Part shown: positions 46,201-59,331 of the stretch, piece after piece
How the letters are laid out: each line of letters starts with the position of its first letter
How positions within the stretch are numbered: the first letter of the stretch is position 1
NCBI GenBank assembly: GCA_048013815.1
Contig: CM106586.1
Span: 620,001-684,000 of the forward strand
Source: Setoptus koraiensis
Taxonomy: Eukaryota; Animalia; Arthropoda
DNA: 64,000 nucleotides
Direction: 5' to 3'
Made by a program: the position numbers and the translations under genes
Notes under the pieces: model-generated
Told to the model about the DNA's origin: nothing
Database searches by the model: none
What the model saw: the letters and a program-made list of their open reading frames with translations, nothing else

Positions 46201-47530
46201 AATTTCCTGTTTGATCGTGATTTTTCGAAATTTTGCGAAAAACGTGCTTGAAGCCCTCCAAGATGAAATTGACGCACATTCATTGCAATTTTCTTCCTAT
46301 TATGTTTTCATGAATTGGTGCACTGAAGGTGAGCAATCGTTAGATTGTTTCGATTATAATAGCTACGCTTGTTGTGAGAGGTCTAACCAAAAGGTCATTG
46401 TAGATATTAAATATTTACAGAAAGTCACATGAGTTAGATATGGTGACACTTGATTCTTATATACACACATGATAGACAAAGGGATCCAATTCATCGATCA
46501 GTTGAGTTATGCTGATGAAAGTGTCATTAATAGGAAATGCACATTTAATTATTTGCTTTACAGTTATAGCAAAACTATTATTAAAATCACTGCTAAAAAC
46601 AAAAATAGCATAAAATGAGCTACACACTGATAAAAAAAGAATAGACAGTAGATTCATTTAGCACAACAAATCGCAATGTGCTCATTAATTGAATTTGTGC
46701 ACTTTTAAACTTTTGTTCGCCATTTTCTGTGTGTTTTGTTTTGCGAATGCAATATTACTGGCGCTACAGTGGCCCTGCAATGCTCCATTAAAAAATGCGT
46801 GTGCGTTTCAGACAGAGACACACACACAATGTTTATTTGGGCTGTTGAAGCGTGCAAACATTGCTCCATCTCTTCGTTCAGCCAACCACTCTGCTCTCTG
46901 TTCGCTTGCTTTCTACGTGTGCGTGTGTGTGCGTGTGTGTGATGTAAAATTGGTGAGAATGTACGACAGTCAGTGTGCGTGTGTGTGTGTGTGTGTGTGC
47001 GATCTTCTCGCTACACTACATGCAGTGTAGAAATATTGCATTAAATTCAACCTTGATCATATTACCGATATATTACTTGTTATTATTACTACTACTAGTA
47101 TTACTATTATAAACCTTGTTTTGTTATTATTATTAATCGACTATATTTAATCCATTGATTGAGTATTGAATCAATCTCAGGAAGGAAATACACACAGATT
47201 GTATCATATTGTTGGACTAATAATTACCGTCTCTGGCGCTAGCTAATATCACCATCATCGTTGATTGTGGAAAGCCAGATTGAAGCCAGATATTATTATT
47301 TCATTAGATTTCACTATTGCAATATATTAACGGCAAACAATCGTTAATTATAAGATATCATTTAATATTCCATGACCAACTGATAAAAACGAGTTAATTA
47401 TAATTTAACACCTGACACATTATACCAATTTGTATCATATTGTACAACTATTATCTACTTGCTTGGTCGATCAACCTATAGACAAAGGGTCAGAGGATTT
47501 GAAAAACAATCAAACAAACCAAAAATAAAT

Positions 47531-48574
47531 ATGAACCAACCAAATAGGAATCAGAGATTGGATATTAGAATTCCTGCATTTGAAAAATACGCTTATTGTC
47601 TCTGCTTCCACGTTAAGCCTGCAACTATATTCATTGCAGTTATTAAGCTCATTCGTGCTCTATTGTTCGCATCTATCGTTATCAACAATGAATTTACATT
47701 TAATGATTCTATCAACGATCCACAATATCCACAATATGCAAACCTTGACTTTGATACGCGTAGATCAACAGCCAGCGCCGTAACAATATTGATCTTAATG
47801 ATGATAGCGTCAGTGTCAGCACTTGGTATATATTCGGTTATCAGTGGAAAAGCGTCATTGTTGATGCCTCTTTACGCAATAATGTTGTGCGATTTCTTTT
47901 TTGCCCTACCAGCATTCTATAATAGGGACCTAGATCACACCTTAGCTGATGGTTTGGTAGATCTGAAATCTTATTGGCCCCAGAATACTCGCTATTCACT
48001 CATGTTGGTATCTACCATTATTATGCTTATCAAAATTTACTTCCTATGTGTTATTTGGAAGTGTTACCGTTATCTGAGGATGCAAGAAATTCTATTGCCC
48101 ATTCACGTGCATGAGATATTTCCCCCTCATTTCTCTCATCATCATATTCCACCGGTACACCCTGACATAAGGGTCGTAGATTCTAGTAATACTCAAAATA
48201 TAGCTCCGCCGCCTTATGATTCAATTGTTACAAGCTTAAAATCACAGCCTCCAAATTACGAGGAAGCCATGAAAACCACTGTTTTACCATGTCAAACAAA
48301 TATTGAGCTACCAAATGCGCAACATCAGGCTTCCCTTCAGTTAAACAATCAATCTGCTATTCATAATGCGGCGAATCAATCTACACCACCAGCCAGTGAT
48401 TCCCAACAGGCTACCTCAGATGATCGGGCTCGTATATTGCAACAGTCAATCGCTCGTCCTGGAGATACATTAACAGATGAAGTGAACACAAATGGTAACC
48501 TTCGACATCCAGTAAACGTAGCTAACAATATGTCAAATCAGAATGTAACTGAATCTTCTTCTGCTGACCAATGA
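47531..48574 (+). CDS. LAPTM4: LAPTM4/Mtp-family lysosomal membrane protein, single exon
   Basis: CLCFHVKPATI at the N-terminus, four hydrophobic segments, VIWKCYRYL, and PY motifs PPPY and PPNY in the tail; likely ATG at 47531. Confidence 0.8.
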   Translation: MNQPNRNQRLDIRIPAFEKYAYCLCFHVKPATIFIAVIKLIRALLFASIVINNEFTFNDSINDPQYPQYANLDFDTRRSTASAVTILILMMIASVSALGIYSVISGKASLLMPLYAIMLCDFFFALPAFYNRDLDHTLADGLVDLKSYWPQNTRYSLMLVSTIIMLIKIYFLCVIWKCYRYLRMQEILLPIHVHEIFPPHFSHHHIPPVHPDIRVVDSSNTQNIAPPPYDSIVTSLKSQPPNYEEAMKTTVLPCQTNIELPNAQHQASLQLNNQSAIHNAANQSTPPASDSQQATSDDRARILQQSIARPGDTLTDEVNTNGNLRHPVNVANNMSNQNVTESSSADQ

Positions 48575-49107
48575 ATCTGCCGGCAGAACATGAATCGTTA
48601 TTAAGGTACAAGTATGTGTATTATTGATAAACGAATCAAGCTTAATATCCAGTAATGATATCCATACATAATATTCAATGTGATTTACATCTGTAACCGA
48701 TACGTAATACCGGTAATTATAAAGTATTATCGCGCGGGCTCGATAGATCACTCAATTCAACCGATGGACTACAACAGTTAAACGATTGTATACTATACTA
48801 TTATTACTATTAGTGAGCATATATCATATCTAACCCTCTAGTAAAGTTGAAGCAGAGGTGAACACTTTTGAGAAGCGTGGTCATGTTAATATACTTGCTT
48901 GTTAAATCTAGTTACGATCGTCAATATATAATAATTAACTTGATCTATTTGAGCTATGAAAGCGTCTTTGTTATCTAAAGATCACCCCAGTAAAACAGAC
49001 TGTAAAGCTGTAAGATAAAAAATTGACACCTTTTTTTCTGATCAAGTCTTGTTTTAAATTTATTCTTAACTCAGAACTATCTACGATGAGATATGCTGGT
49101 CGACATT

Positions 49108-49446
49108 CTATTCAGACTTTTGAATTATCAGTGGACCAACATTGTCATTAGATGACTTGTTGTGCTCGGTATGTGAACCATCACAATAAGGAAATTTTTT
49201 ACTTCGCCAACAACGGCAGAAGACGCTCTTCTTACCTAGATCTTCTACATCAAATGTATCCACTACCTTTGGGTTGTCTTTCTTAATGTTCAAATTCACT
49301 GCTGTACCACTGCCGACTTTCTTTTCGTCCTCTGATCTGGCTTTAGACGAATAAGTAATATAAGCGGCATAACCCACGGCTAATGCGGTGCCAATCCATG
49401 ATACACAAACCACCGGATCCAATGTTTTGATCATATAGATGGTCAT
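49108..49446 (-). CDS. Cisd2: CDGSH iron-sulfur domain protein (mitoNEET/Miner1 type), single exon
   Basis: N-terminal TM helix; [16 protein letters not shown]; DNVGPL. Confidence 0.93.
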   Translation of the reverse strand: MTIYMIKTLDPVVCVSWIGTALAVGYAAYITYSSKARSEDEKKVGSGTAVNLNIKKDNPKVVDTFDVEDLGKKSVFCRCWRSKKFPYCDGSHTEHNKSSNDNVGPLIIQKSE

Positions 49447-52400
49447 GATGTTAGGTTATATCGATTTCTTATTCTCCCTGATAATATTTATTGATATCGA
49501 TCCTGACTAGGGTGATGTCGGCCAATCAAGAATCAAATTAAATGGTCAATGTTCCTTGTTAGTGCAGATTATATAATAATAATAATAAAAATGATAGCAA
49601 TAATAATAATAATACAGTACGAGAGACACAAACAATCTCTGTGGCACAGTCTGATAATTTTTAGTTACAGATGACGCATAGAGGGAGCTTTTGTATTTCA
49701 ACAACGATGCACAAGCATCTAACAAGAGAGAGAGACCATCCTAACTTTTGATGCAGTTGCAGTATCGAGCTCCTTGTATTCGCAATCAATGCAGTCGTCG
49801 CACGCCATAACCCATTCGTGTAATCCCACAATGAAGGGAACACATATTTGATTAGAGAGTGTTAGTCAAGAGTCATGTCAGTAAAGGTTCACTACAGAAT
49901 TTACAGAATTTTTTCATTGGTCAATGAAGGTTGGTATGGCCCAAACAACAAGCGAGAACTACAAGTAGACTGTGCCATAAAAGAGTGAGACATTCTATCT
50001 GCGAATGCGATAAGTAAAATCAATCATAAATCATAATGTCCAGAGAAACAACTTGACTGACTGTGAGTACAATGTTCAACGAGGATCTTTTGTGCAAAAA
50101 TCATTTCACAAGTTGCACTTGTTTTGAATGATAAGCAAGACGATATCTATATCTATGTAGCATGTCGGTTACACTTGTCTCCATAGGATAAAACGAATGA
50201 ATAAGATAGACAGACAGACAGACAGAGAAAGCTCTAGGCCCAGTAGTTGAGATGAAATATTTTATCTGAGAATAATCTCGTCATAGAGAGAAAACATAAT
50301 AAACTGGCCATTAATCGTAATTGTATGAAATATAACATGATGATCATGGACGTCAACATCGAACACTACAATCGATTACATTGAGTGTGACAGCAAGGAC
50401 ATATCTCATAGTAATATATTGTTTGAGAATCATTTGTCCATTTAGGAAGCACTCTCTTCTCTGGGGTTATGTATTGAGAGGTTTTTGCATCTAGGGCTCT
50501 TTTATCGATATAGTTGTGTTGAGTTGTAGTGGAAGTTGCATTAATATTGTCGTGGTGGCACGCATTAAGATGGCCTCGTTTCTCTTGTTGTTTTGGAATT
50601 CACTAAGAGTTTGATTCTGGCTTCGTCGTGTCCATAGTCGGTTCGGTGGTGCTGTTGTTCTTGGAGAATTCGATTTGATCGAGTGGATTTGTTCAGTTTT
50701 GTCTCTTTTCGCCTTAGTTCCATTGTGTTGGTAGATAAGAGTTATTTTCGGAACTACTTATAGTGGTGATAGAAACAACGACAGCACCAACTATCACTAT
50801 TGCTGCTACTACTAGGACCGCGATAACAGTAATAATACTAATAGTGGCAACTACAGAAAAGTTGGATATGGTCTAGGAGTTGCTTCCTAAATCATGATTA
50901 CTTTGTCATGGTTGATACGATATTGATCGTGCAATCTCAGAATTAGTTACAGTTAGTCGGTGGCATATACACACAAATACAATCTTATTAAGTAGTTCTC
51001 TTGGGTTTGATTTTAATTTGTTTGAGGATGACATAATTTAAGGGTGGTATTTTATCGTTTCTTGCAACAACATGAGGCCAGCTTTATTGCTGCAATAGTA
51101 ACATGTTAACGACTTGCAGCACAATAAATGAAATCGTTGAATCTAACAACGGTCATCATAAAGTGCAAGTGTAAGCGCTATAGTTACGGGCAACAGTACA
51201 TATAGCATATAGTATACAGTATATAGCTAGTGACATAGGGTACAACAATGACTCGATGACAGCGCAAAATTGATCACATTTGCACTTGATCCACTGGTAG
51301 CATTATCCTCATCATCATCACCATCATCATTTGTGTTATTTTTACAACTTATTCCTATTCTCATCAATATACTGATACAAAAGCTCAATTGTAGGCATTG
51401 GTTGATGCAGCAAGGATTGATACAACACTCGGATGGTAGGTCCAGCTAGCACAGCATGTCGGACACTGACAAGAGTTTGGCACAGAACGATCACCCGATT
51501 TGTGTGTGCTGAAATTGATGAGTTTACTGTCTGCGCAATCAATCTGTTGTTGTTCGTTCAATACGATATGTGCTCAAAGTTTAAGCCTTGGACACAATCT
51601 TATTTGGCCTGTGAAGATCAAGTGCGCCAGTTCGCAAGACATTCTACCATATCTTGCACGATTCATTTTATAAAATCTACAGTTTGGGCTTCATGGACAC
51701 AATTCGTTCGTAACACTGGCCTTGCTGCGATAGCTGGGCGCACGTTGTTCGATTTACGAAACAGAAGCAGGAGATTGCGTATTGGTGGCACACGCAATAC
51801 TTTTCGACACTCTGTGCTTGTGTGCGGCACACACAGCTCTTGCGCACTTGATGCCCGCACCCCAGACTGATACATCACTAACAAACTTGTAAACTGTACA
51901 GTACTGTAAGTGTGTGCCAAGGCAACATAGCTTCCATTTAGATTTGTTGTTAGCATACTAACGAGCGTGAGTGTAGTAGAGATTCAGACGCTTACTATAG
52001 ATACTTATATCCAGCAGTATATAATACATGTATAAGCGACTGTATGTATGTATGTGTGTGGGTGTAACCATATATGGGTCCTTAATAATATGACCTAAAA
52101 GTTGGGCTTTACAGTTGTAAGTAGGGTGTGACAAGTGTAGATATAGAAGTGAAGATTGTAGCTTAACTTTTGGGTCATATTATATATAGGGTGCAAGGAT
52201 CAAGTCGCACTGCTGTCAAGCTGCACCATGTGTGCGCCAACACTGTGCTAGTACAGTCTTTCAAGACAAGTGAAAATGAATGTATGTTTGTGTGTGTGTG
52301 TGCGTCAGCCTGTATGTTTGTTTGTTTGTTGTGTGCCAATGCGTGTGGGCGGCTGCAACCATATATGGGCTACATAGCGAACTTCGACACAAATTTTATA

Positions 52401-52686
52401 GTTTGGAAGCTGATATGAAATTATTAAGATAGAAAGAATAGAGAAGAAGGAGAAAAAATACGTTCTCAGCGCGCCTGCAGAATTACCAATACATATGTGT
52501 TGAGCATAGAAGTGAAGAGCGATAGCCCGTTGCATGGCATAACATTGTGTCAGAGGTATGATATTGTTATTATTATTTTCTATCGATTCGACAACAACAA
52601 CAGCAATTAATATTCAATCATTACTATTATTATTATATCGCCAATAACAAATAACGACCACAATATAATCACATAATATTGTCAGC

Positions 52687-55600
52687 ATGCGCCAATTAAA
52701 GTTACAAATGGTCGACGGAACCATCAAGACCCTGATGGTGTCCGAAGATCAACCGGTGGCGAACCTGATGGTATTAATATGTACAAAATTAAATATTAGG
52801 AACAGCGAAGAATTCAGTTTAATGGGCACTAACCGTATTAACAAGCATACCATTAAAAAAGTGAAAATAGACGAAGATGTCTATTGGTTAGACCATTCAA
52901 AGACATTGGATGAGCAAGGCATCAATGAGGACGATTCAGTCATATTGAAGAGAAAGTTTTTCTATTCAGACCAAAATGTTGATATTGGTGACACTATTCA
53001 GCTGGATATTCTATATGCACAAGTCAAAGATGAAATAATTAAAGGAAATTATCCCGTCTCTGTAGACAAGGCATGCAAATTTGCTGGTATACAATTGCAA
53101 GCGCAATATGGTAACTCTATTGGACATTTTAATTTGAAAGAGTTTCTACCATTCGAATTCACCAAAATTAAACAAATTGATAAGAAGATCCTATCTCATC
53201 ATAAAAATTATTATAATCTTGGTGGTCAAGAAGCTAAATTAGCCTATATCAAAGAAGCACGAACATTGCCAACATATGGTGCAACATTCTTTTTGGTAAA
53301 AGAGAAAGAGAAAAACAAATTAGTGCCTAGATTATTGGGAATAACAAAAGATTGTGTAATGAGACTAGATGCTGACACAAAGAAAATAATCAAAACATGG
53401 CCCTTAACCACTATTAAAAGATGGGCCGCATCTTTGAATTCATTCACCTTCGATTTCGGTGACTATTCGGATCATTATTATAGTTTACAAACAAACGAAG
53501 GAGAACAAATCTCACAATTGATTGCTGGATATATCGATCTTATTTTAAAAAGAAAGAAACCCAAGGATCACTTCGGTTTAGAGGGTGACGTCAGTTGCAC
53601 TATGGTGGAACACGAGGTAGCACCCTCTAGAGCTATCATCATTCAGCATCAACCCGGTCTTCGGCCGCCATCAAGACAGGCATCCGTAGCCAATCTTGGC
53701 CCTAATACTCCACCATCGGTTCTCAAAACTTTACGCGAAGAGGGCCCCTACATAGATCCGCCCGAATACAAACCGGCCACAGAGATTAAGGGCAAAGCCG
53801 AAATTGGTTTTGAGAAAAGTCCACCAACTCAATATTTACAATCATATAATTTAAGTGACCCACAACAGGGATTACATCGTAAAATTGAGAAAGCACAAGC
53901 TAGTGTTGATGCAGCACAACGAGTGCTAGACCGTCCAATAGAGACAAACAATCTTAGTGCCATCGAATTTGAAAATAAGAAACAAAAGTTAGCTAATCAA
54001 TTTGCCAATCTCAATGCTGCCACTGCACAACTAGTCTCATTGTCTACACTGCCAGAGGAAGGTCTTGATTATCCAGCCTTAAACAAAGCTGTTGATACCG
54101 TGACTAACAACCTGCCTGATATGGCCAAAGATATCAAAATAGTTGCCTCTTTTATGGATGATGAAGAAGGTGGAGAGCAGTTGATAGATGCCACTCGTCG
54201 CCTTTGTAAAGCTTTCTCGGATCTTCTGAACGCTGCCGAACCTGGACCAGTTGTACCTAGACAGAGTTTAATTAGTGCAGCAAGTAGAGTTGGTGATGCC
54301 ACACAAGCCTTACTTTACACAATTAATGAAGGTGAACAAGATAGAGAATCGGCTGATATATTATTATCATTGGCGAAAGGCGTCGCAAATGCTGCCGCCG
54401 CTCTAGTATTAAAAGCCAAAGATGAGGCCTCAAACTGCCAAGATCAAGATCTACAGAACCTTGTAATCGGCTCGGCTACTCAGTGTGCCTTGGCAACATC
54501 GCAGATGGTGACTACTGCGAAAATAGTTGCCCCAACTATCGATAGTCATAATTGTCAAAAGCAATTGATTGACTCATGTAACGAAGTATACCGTGCTGTG
54601 GATGGTATAAAAAAGACAACCCGAGGCAATGTCGACGATGCTGCTCATCGTGTTGATAGAACCTTGGACAAATTAATAAAACATTCTAGATTCATAGAGA
54701 GAAGACATGAACAAGCCCCATTACACACAGCACCCCCACCTCCTTTAGCAGAGTCGACAATTTCTGGGATGATAGGCGATCTAGAAACTACTATAATTTT
54801 CGCTACTGCCGGAACATTGAAATCTCAAGATGATGACACTTTCTCATATCACACTGAGCATATATTGAGAACAGCTAAAGCTTTAGTAGAAGATACTAAA
54901 ACACTGGTTGCCAATGCTGCAACAGATCAGCAACAGTTGAACCACGCCGCTCAAGATGCCGTCATAACAATAACCAGACTCTCAGAGATTGTCAAAGCAG
55001 GTGCCGCTTCTTTAGGTCCAACTAATGTAGAAAATCAAGTAGCGTTAATAAGAGCAGTCAAAGACGTAGCAGTATCATTGAGTGGGTTGATTGGCGCCAC
55101 AAAATCTGCCCTAGGCAATGATAGTAATGATCCATCCATGATGAAGGTCAAAGATTCAGCCAAGGTGAGACAATTTATATCCAGCTTATATTCATTCATT
55201 TACCATGTTTTTCAACGGAGTTTTGAGTTTCTACACAACTAACGCGCTTGCATTCTTTTCTTTTTTTCTCTTAGGTTATGGTCAGCAATGTCACATCGTT
55301 ACTGAGAACTGTCAAGACAGTTGAGGATGAACACCAGCGCGGTATCAGGGCCCTAGAGGCTACCATTGAAGCAATAGAGCATGAATTGCACAATTATGAT
55401 AATCTTGGTGTCGACCCAAGACAGAAACGCGCTTCTCCTGAAGATCTAATACGTGCAAGCAAACCAATTACGTTGGCGACTGCGAAAACTGTAGCAGCTG
55501 GTAGTAGCGGTAAGCAAGATGACGTCATTGTAGCTGCGAATATGGGACGAAAAGCTATATTCGACATGCTGCAGACAACTAAATCCGCATCCACTCAAGC

Positions 55601-56951
55601 CGATAATGTCGAGTTGAAGAATAGAATCTTACGGGCCGGAAAAGACTGTGCTATTCATTATCGACAATTGTTAAGTGTATTGCATCGAACTATTCAACAT
55701 CCATCATTAGCCACAACCAACTCAGAGGTCAAACAGGATATGATTAATATGTCGAGAACAATTGCCTCATGTGTGACCGAGTTAGTTGATTGTAGCCACC
55801 TATTGAAAGGAGCTGATTGGGTTGATCCCGATGACCCGTCTATAATAGCAGAAACAGAACTTTTGGGAGCCGCGAGCTCGATAGATGCAGCAGCTAAAAA
55901 GTTGGAAAATCTGAAGCCCAGAATAACTTCGATCAAGGTAAGATTTAAACCTTCGATACGTCATAAAGAGATTTACAAACTTTTGTCATTCCATTGAGAT
56001 ATGTTTGATATTCTTGGTTGTAGAATAACATAATTAATATTCAACCAAGAATCAAATATATACTCGATGTATTGAGCAAAAATCAACTTCATTAAAATAT
56101 CCGCCAACTAACGTAATCTTGATTGATTACTCTTTACATTAGCTTTACCATGATATGTAACGCCTGTTTGCCTTACATCGATTCGCCCTATTCACACAAT
56201 TCTATATTAAGCTTCCGCACGAGGATCTTAACTTTGATGAGATGATCTTGGAAGCGGCCAAATGTATAATTGAGGCCACTGCAGCTTTGGTAAGTAAACA
56301 ACCGATACTATTTCTTTCGTTAAAACCAGATATCAGCCTAATAATTGTTATTCTCTAATGATTTACTTTTTCTTTGTGTGATGATAAATTTTTCAGTTGA
56401 GAGCAGCCAGTGCGTCTCAGCGTGAATTATTAGTCGATGGACGTCTCGACGAAACTGAAAAGTTCTATGCTTCGGATAACAATCAATGGTCTGAAGGGTT
56501 AGTTTCTGCAGCGCGAATGGTTGCTGCCGCAACTCAAAGCCTCGTTGAGGCAGCCAATGCTCTAGTCCAAGGCCAAGCATCTGAGGAGAGACTTATATCC
56601 GCAGCTAAACAAGTGGCTAGCTCAACCAACCAGTTGTTGGTTGCCTGCAAAGTGAAGGCCGACCCTGAATCCAAAACTATGATGAGACTTCAGAACGCAG
56701 GCAACGCAGTCAAGAGAGCAACTGACAATCTTGTCAGGGCAGCTCAACAAGCGAAAGAGCATGATGAGGAGCAGAGCCTCATAATAAGCAATAGAAAAGT
56801 TTCCGGAATAGCCCAAGAAATCTCAGCGAGGGAGCAGATTCTGACAAAAGAAAAAGAGCTGCAAGTCGCAAAGTCTAAACTTATGGCAATAAGAAAAGCA
56901 AGATATAGCAATAGGCCAGATGATTTTCAAGGTTATGGTGGAGATCTCTAG
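52687..56951 (+). CDS. talin: Talin-like protein, internally shortened; 4 exons: 52687-55164, 55275-55937, 56212-56289, 56397-56951 (1257 aa)
   Basis: FERM F1-F3 (KLQMVDGTIKT, KRKFFYSDQNV, YGATFFLVKEK, RWAAS, IAGYIDLIL), R1-R2, then GDLETTIIFATAGTL (R11), DWVDPDDP, and the I/LWEQ region QWSEGLVSAA..QLLVACKVKAD. Confidence 0.93.
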
Positions 56952-57597
56952 TTCATCTCCAATATACAATGCAATTCTCGACTATTTCCAAAGTACCGTC
57001 TTCTTTTACAGGCGATAGAAAACATATTTAGATTACATATTCATACAACGAACAATTTCTACTAATCATCAGATCAGATCAATATATTACAAGAGTAATA
57101 TAATAAATTTTATGTTCATAGACTCATTCATTGATTCAACTAATCATGTTAACTTTAATGACAACAATCATATCAATAGAAAAGAAATAATAAAAAGCTA
57201 CCAGGAACCAACTCGATGTTGTTGAATGTAGTTTTTCAGTGTATAATCGATTCCTTGAATAGCAAAGATTTTCATCTCACGTAAACTTGTCATGTCTGGA
57301 TAATCCAATTTTAAATGGTAGTAGTCGAGACCATCTTGCTTCAACTAACTGGTCAGAGTTGGATATTTGACTTGTCGAATATCTGTGCAAATGGAAATCG
57401 AACTTTCTAGATTCATTTGTTCGAATTTGGCGCCTTGATTTGCGCGTTAACTGATGACTTTTAGCTCTATACTCTCTTGGACAATCAGTGTATCGCATCT
57501 GATTCACGTGAAATCTTCTATAGTATTTAAAAAACAATTCATACCATTTCAATCAGAAGAAAATATTCATTGACTCTTAACCATTCAGCTTGCCAGG

Positions 57598-58662
57598 ATG
57601 CCCATCGACTACAGTAAATGGAAGACCATTGAAGTTAGTGATGATGAGGACGACACACATCCTAATATCGATAATGCCTCCTTATTCAGATGGAGGCATC
57701 AAGCGCGTGTTGAGAGAATGGAAAAAATGAATCAAGAGAAACAGAAGTTATTGAAAGAAAAGCAGGAGGCCGAAGAAAAATTGAAAAAACTAAAGGATAC
57801 TGATCCATCAGCACCTGCTGTGGAGGAGGCAAAAGTTAAACTGGAAGAAGTATCAAAAAAGTTCCAACAAGTAGAACTAGAGGAGAAACAGCAACCCTGG
57901 AATGTTGATACCATCTCGAAACCAAAGTGGGAAAAAACAATAATCAACAATCCTGTCAAAGTTGATAAAGCTCCGTTGACAGAAGAGGAGAAGGAACGTC
58001 GATACAATGAATTTGTCAAGAAACATGAAAGTGACATAAAGAAATTCGGTATGTTGAGCAAGTGGGATGATTGTAAAAAGTTTCTTATGGATGAACCCAA
58101 TTTGTGCTGTGAGGAAACAGCAAACTATCTAACACTTTGGTGCCTCAATTTGGAAATTGAAGGCAAAAGCAATCTGATGGAGCATGTAGCCAAACAGGCA
58201 ATTTCCATGCAATATATGCTGGAATTAGCAAAACAATTAGATGTAGATGCGCGTGGTTGCATATCATCTTTTTTCACAAAAATTCAGAAAGCTGAACAAC
58301 AGTACATTGATGTTTTTAACGAAGAGGTGGAGTCATTCAAGAATAGAATACGCGAACGTGCTAGAATTCGCATAGAGGCCTCAACTAGAGAGATCGAAGA
58401 AGAAGAACGCAAGAAACGCTTAGGCCCGGGAGGATTAGATCCACTGGAGGTTTTCGAAACCCTTCCTAAACAACTTCAGGAATGTTTTGAGTCCAAGGAT
58501 ATCTCGATGCTTCAAAGAGTAATTGCGGAGATGGATGTTGAAGATGCAAAGTATCATATGAAGAGGTGTGTGGACTCCGGGCTGTGGGTGCCAGATGCTA
58601 AAGATAGCGAGACAACCGCAGGCGATAATTATGAAGAATTGCCAGCTTCCAAAACGGCATGA
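57598..58662 (+). CDS. Cdc37: Hsp90 co-chaperone Cdc37, single exon
   Basis: MPIDYSKWKTIEVSDDEDDTHPNID..LFRWRHQAR; GPGGLDPLEV; CVDSGLWVP. Confidence 0.98.
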   Translation: MPIDYSKWKTIEVSDDEDDTHPNIDNASLFRWRHQARVERMEKMNQEKQKLLKEKQEAEEKLKKLKDTDPSAPAVEEAKVKLEEVSKKFQQVELEEKQQPWNVDTISKPKWEKTIINNPVKVDKAPLTEEEKERRYNEFVKKHESDIKKFGMLSKWDDCKKFLMDEPNLCCEETANYLTLWCLNLEIEGKSNLMEHVAKQAISMQYMLELAKQLDVDARGCISSFFTKIQKAEQQYIDVFNEEVESFKNRIRERARIRIEASTREIEEEERKKRLGPGGLDPLEVFETLPKQLQECFESKDISMLQRVIAEMDVEDAKYHMKRCVDSGLWVPDAKDSETTAGDNYEELPASKTA

Positions 58663-58834
58663 AAAGTCTATGATCTTCGATTAAAAAAAAACATTATATC
58701 CAATTTCTATTCACTGAGAAAGATGAGTCTATCCAGTACTAATTACTTTTAATGTGTTATGATAATTTAATTTCGTTCTCGTCTCTATCGCATCGAGCAA
58801 CTTGAATAGTACTATAATGGCCGAAGTGACTGCA

Positions 58835-59095
58835 CTAGTATCCGAGCCAGGGGTCCGCTCTGTTCTTTCTAAGAACAAGTTTGATTCTTCTGTCCATATC
58901 TTCGTCATAGATGGCTTTGCATATCTCAAAACTTTTGCGCCTTCTTGTTTGAAAGGGTTTCTCACAGTACCTGGTTCTTCTATGTTTACCAAACACATCT
59001 TCTACAGCTAATATTCTATTGAGTACACGGAAAGCATCTCCGAATTTCCCATCTTTGACCAAAATGGTCCTGGAGAGAAATTGTTTGTGTCTCAT
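58835..59095 (-). CDS. mRpS21: Mitochondrial ribosomal protein S21
   Basis: MRHKQFLSRTILV..LNRIL..YCEKPFQTRRR..YDEDM..RKNRADPW. Confidence 0.93.
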   Translation of the reverse strand: MRHKQFLSRTILVKDGKFGDAFRVLNRILAVEDVFGKHRRTRYCEKPFQTRRRKSFEICKAIYDEDMDRRIKLVLRKNRADPWLGY

Positions 59096-59331
59096 GTTTA
59101 TATTTATATAGTAGTAGTCTTCGCTTGATAATATAACATGTATTGTTGATATTTAGCAGGTAATATCGATTTACATAGAATCAATTAGTAAAAGATATTA
59201 CACATATTGTGAAATTCACGTGGGCTCTAACAAAATTATTACAGTAAGAATCATACGCGCGAATTACAAATTTTGGTGAAAAAGTTTTTCATTATTTTTT
59301 GTTTATTTTGAAATTGAAAGAATTCGTAGGT

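Noticed and set aside
45528-46657. Short ORFs upstream of LAPTM4 (104, 67, 73, 66 aa)
   Set aside because: Frames do not join, there are no convincing splice sites and no motifs; could be a decayed gene but is unsupported.
50580-51960. Cys-rich and hydrophobic frames on both strands (145, 97, 66 aa and a TM-like minus-strand stretch)
   Set aside because: Stops in every frame and no consistent exon chain; no talin F0 motif found here either.
57277-57552. 91-aa minus-strand ORF divergent from Cdc37
   Set aside because: Non-ATG start and no recognisable motif.
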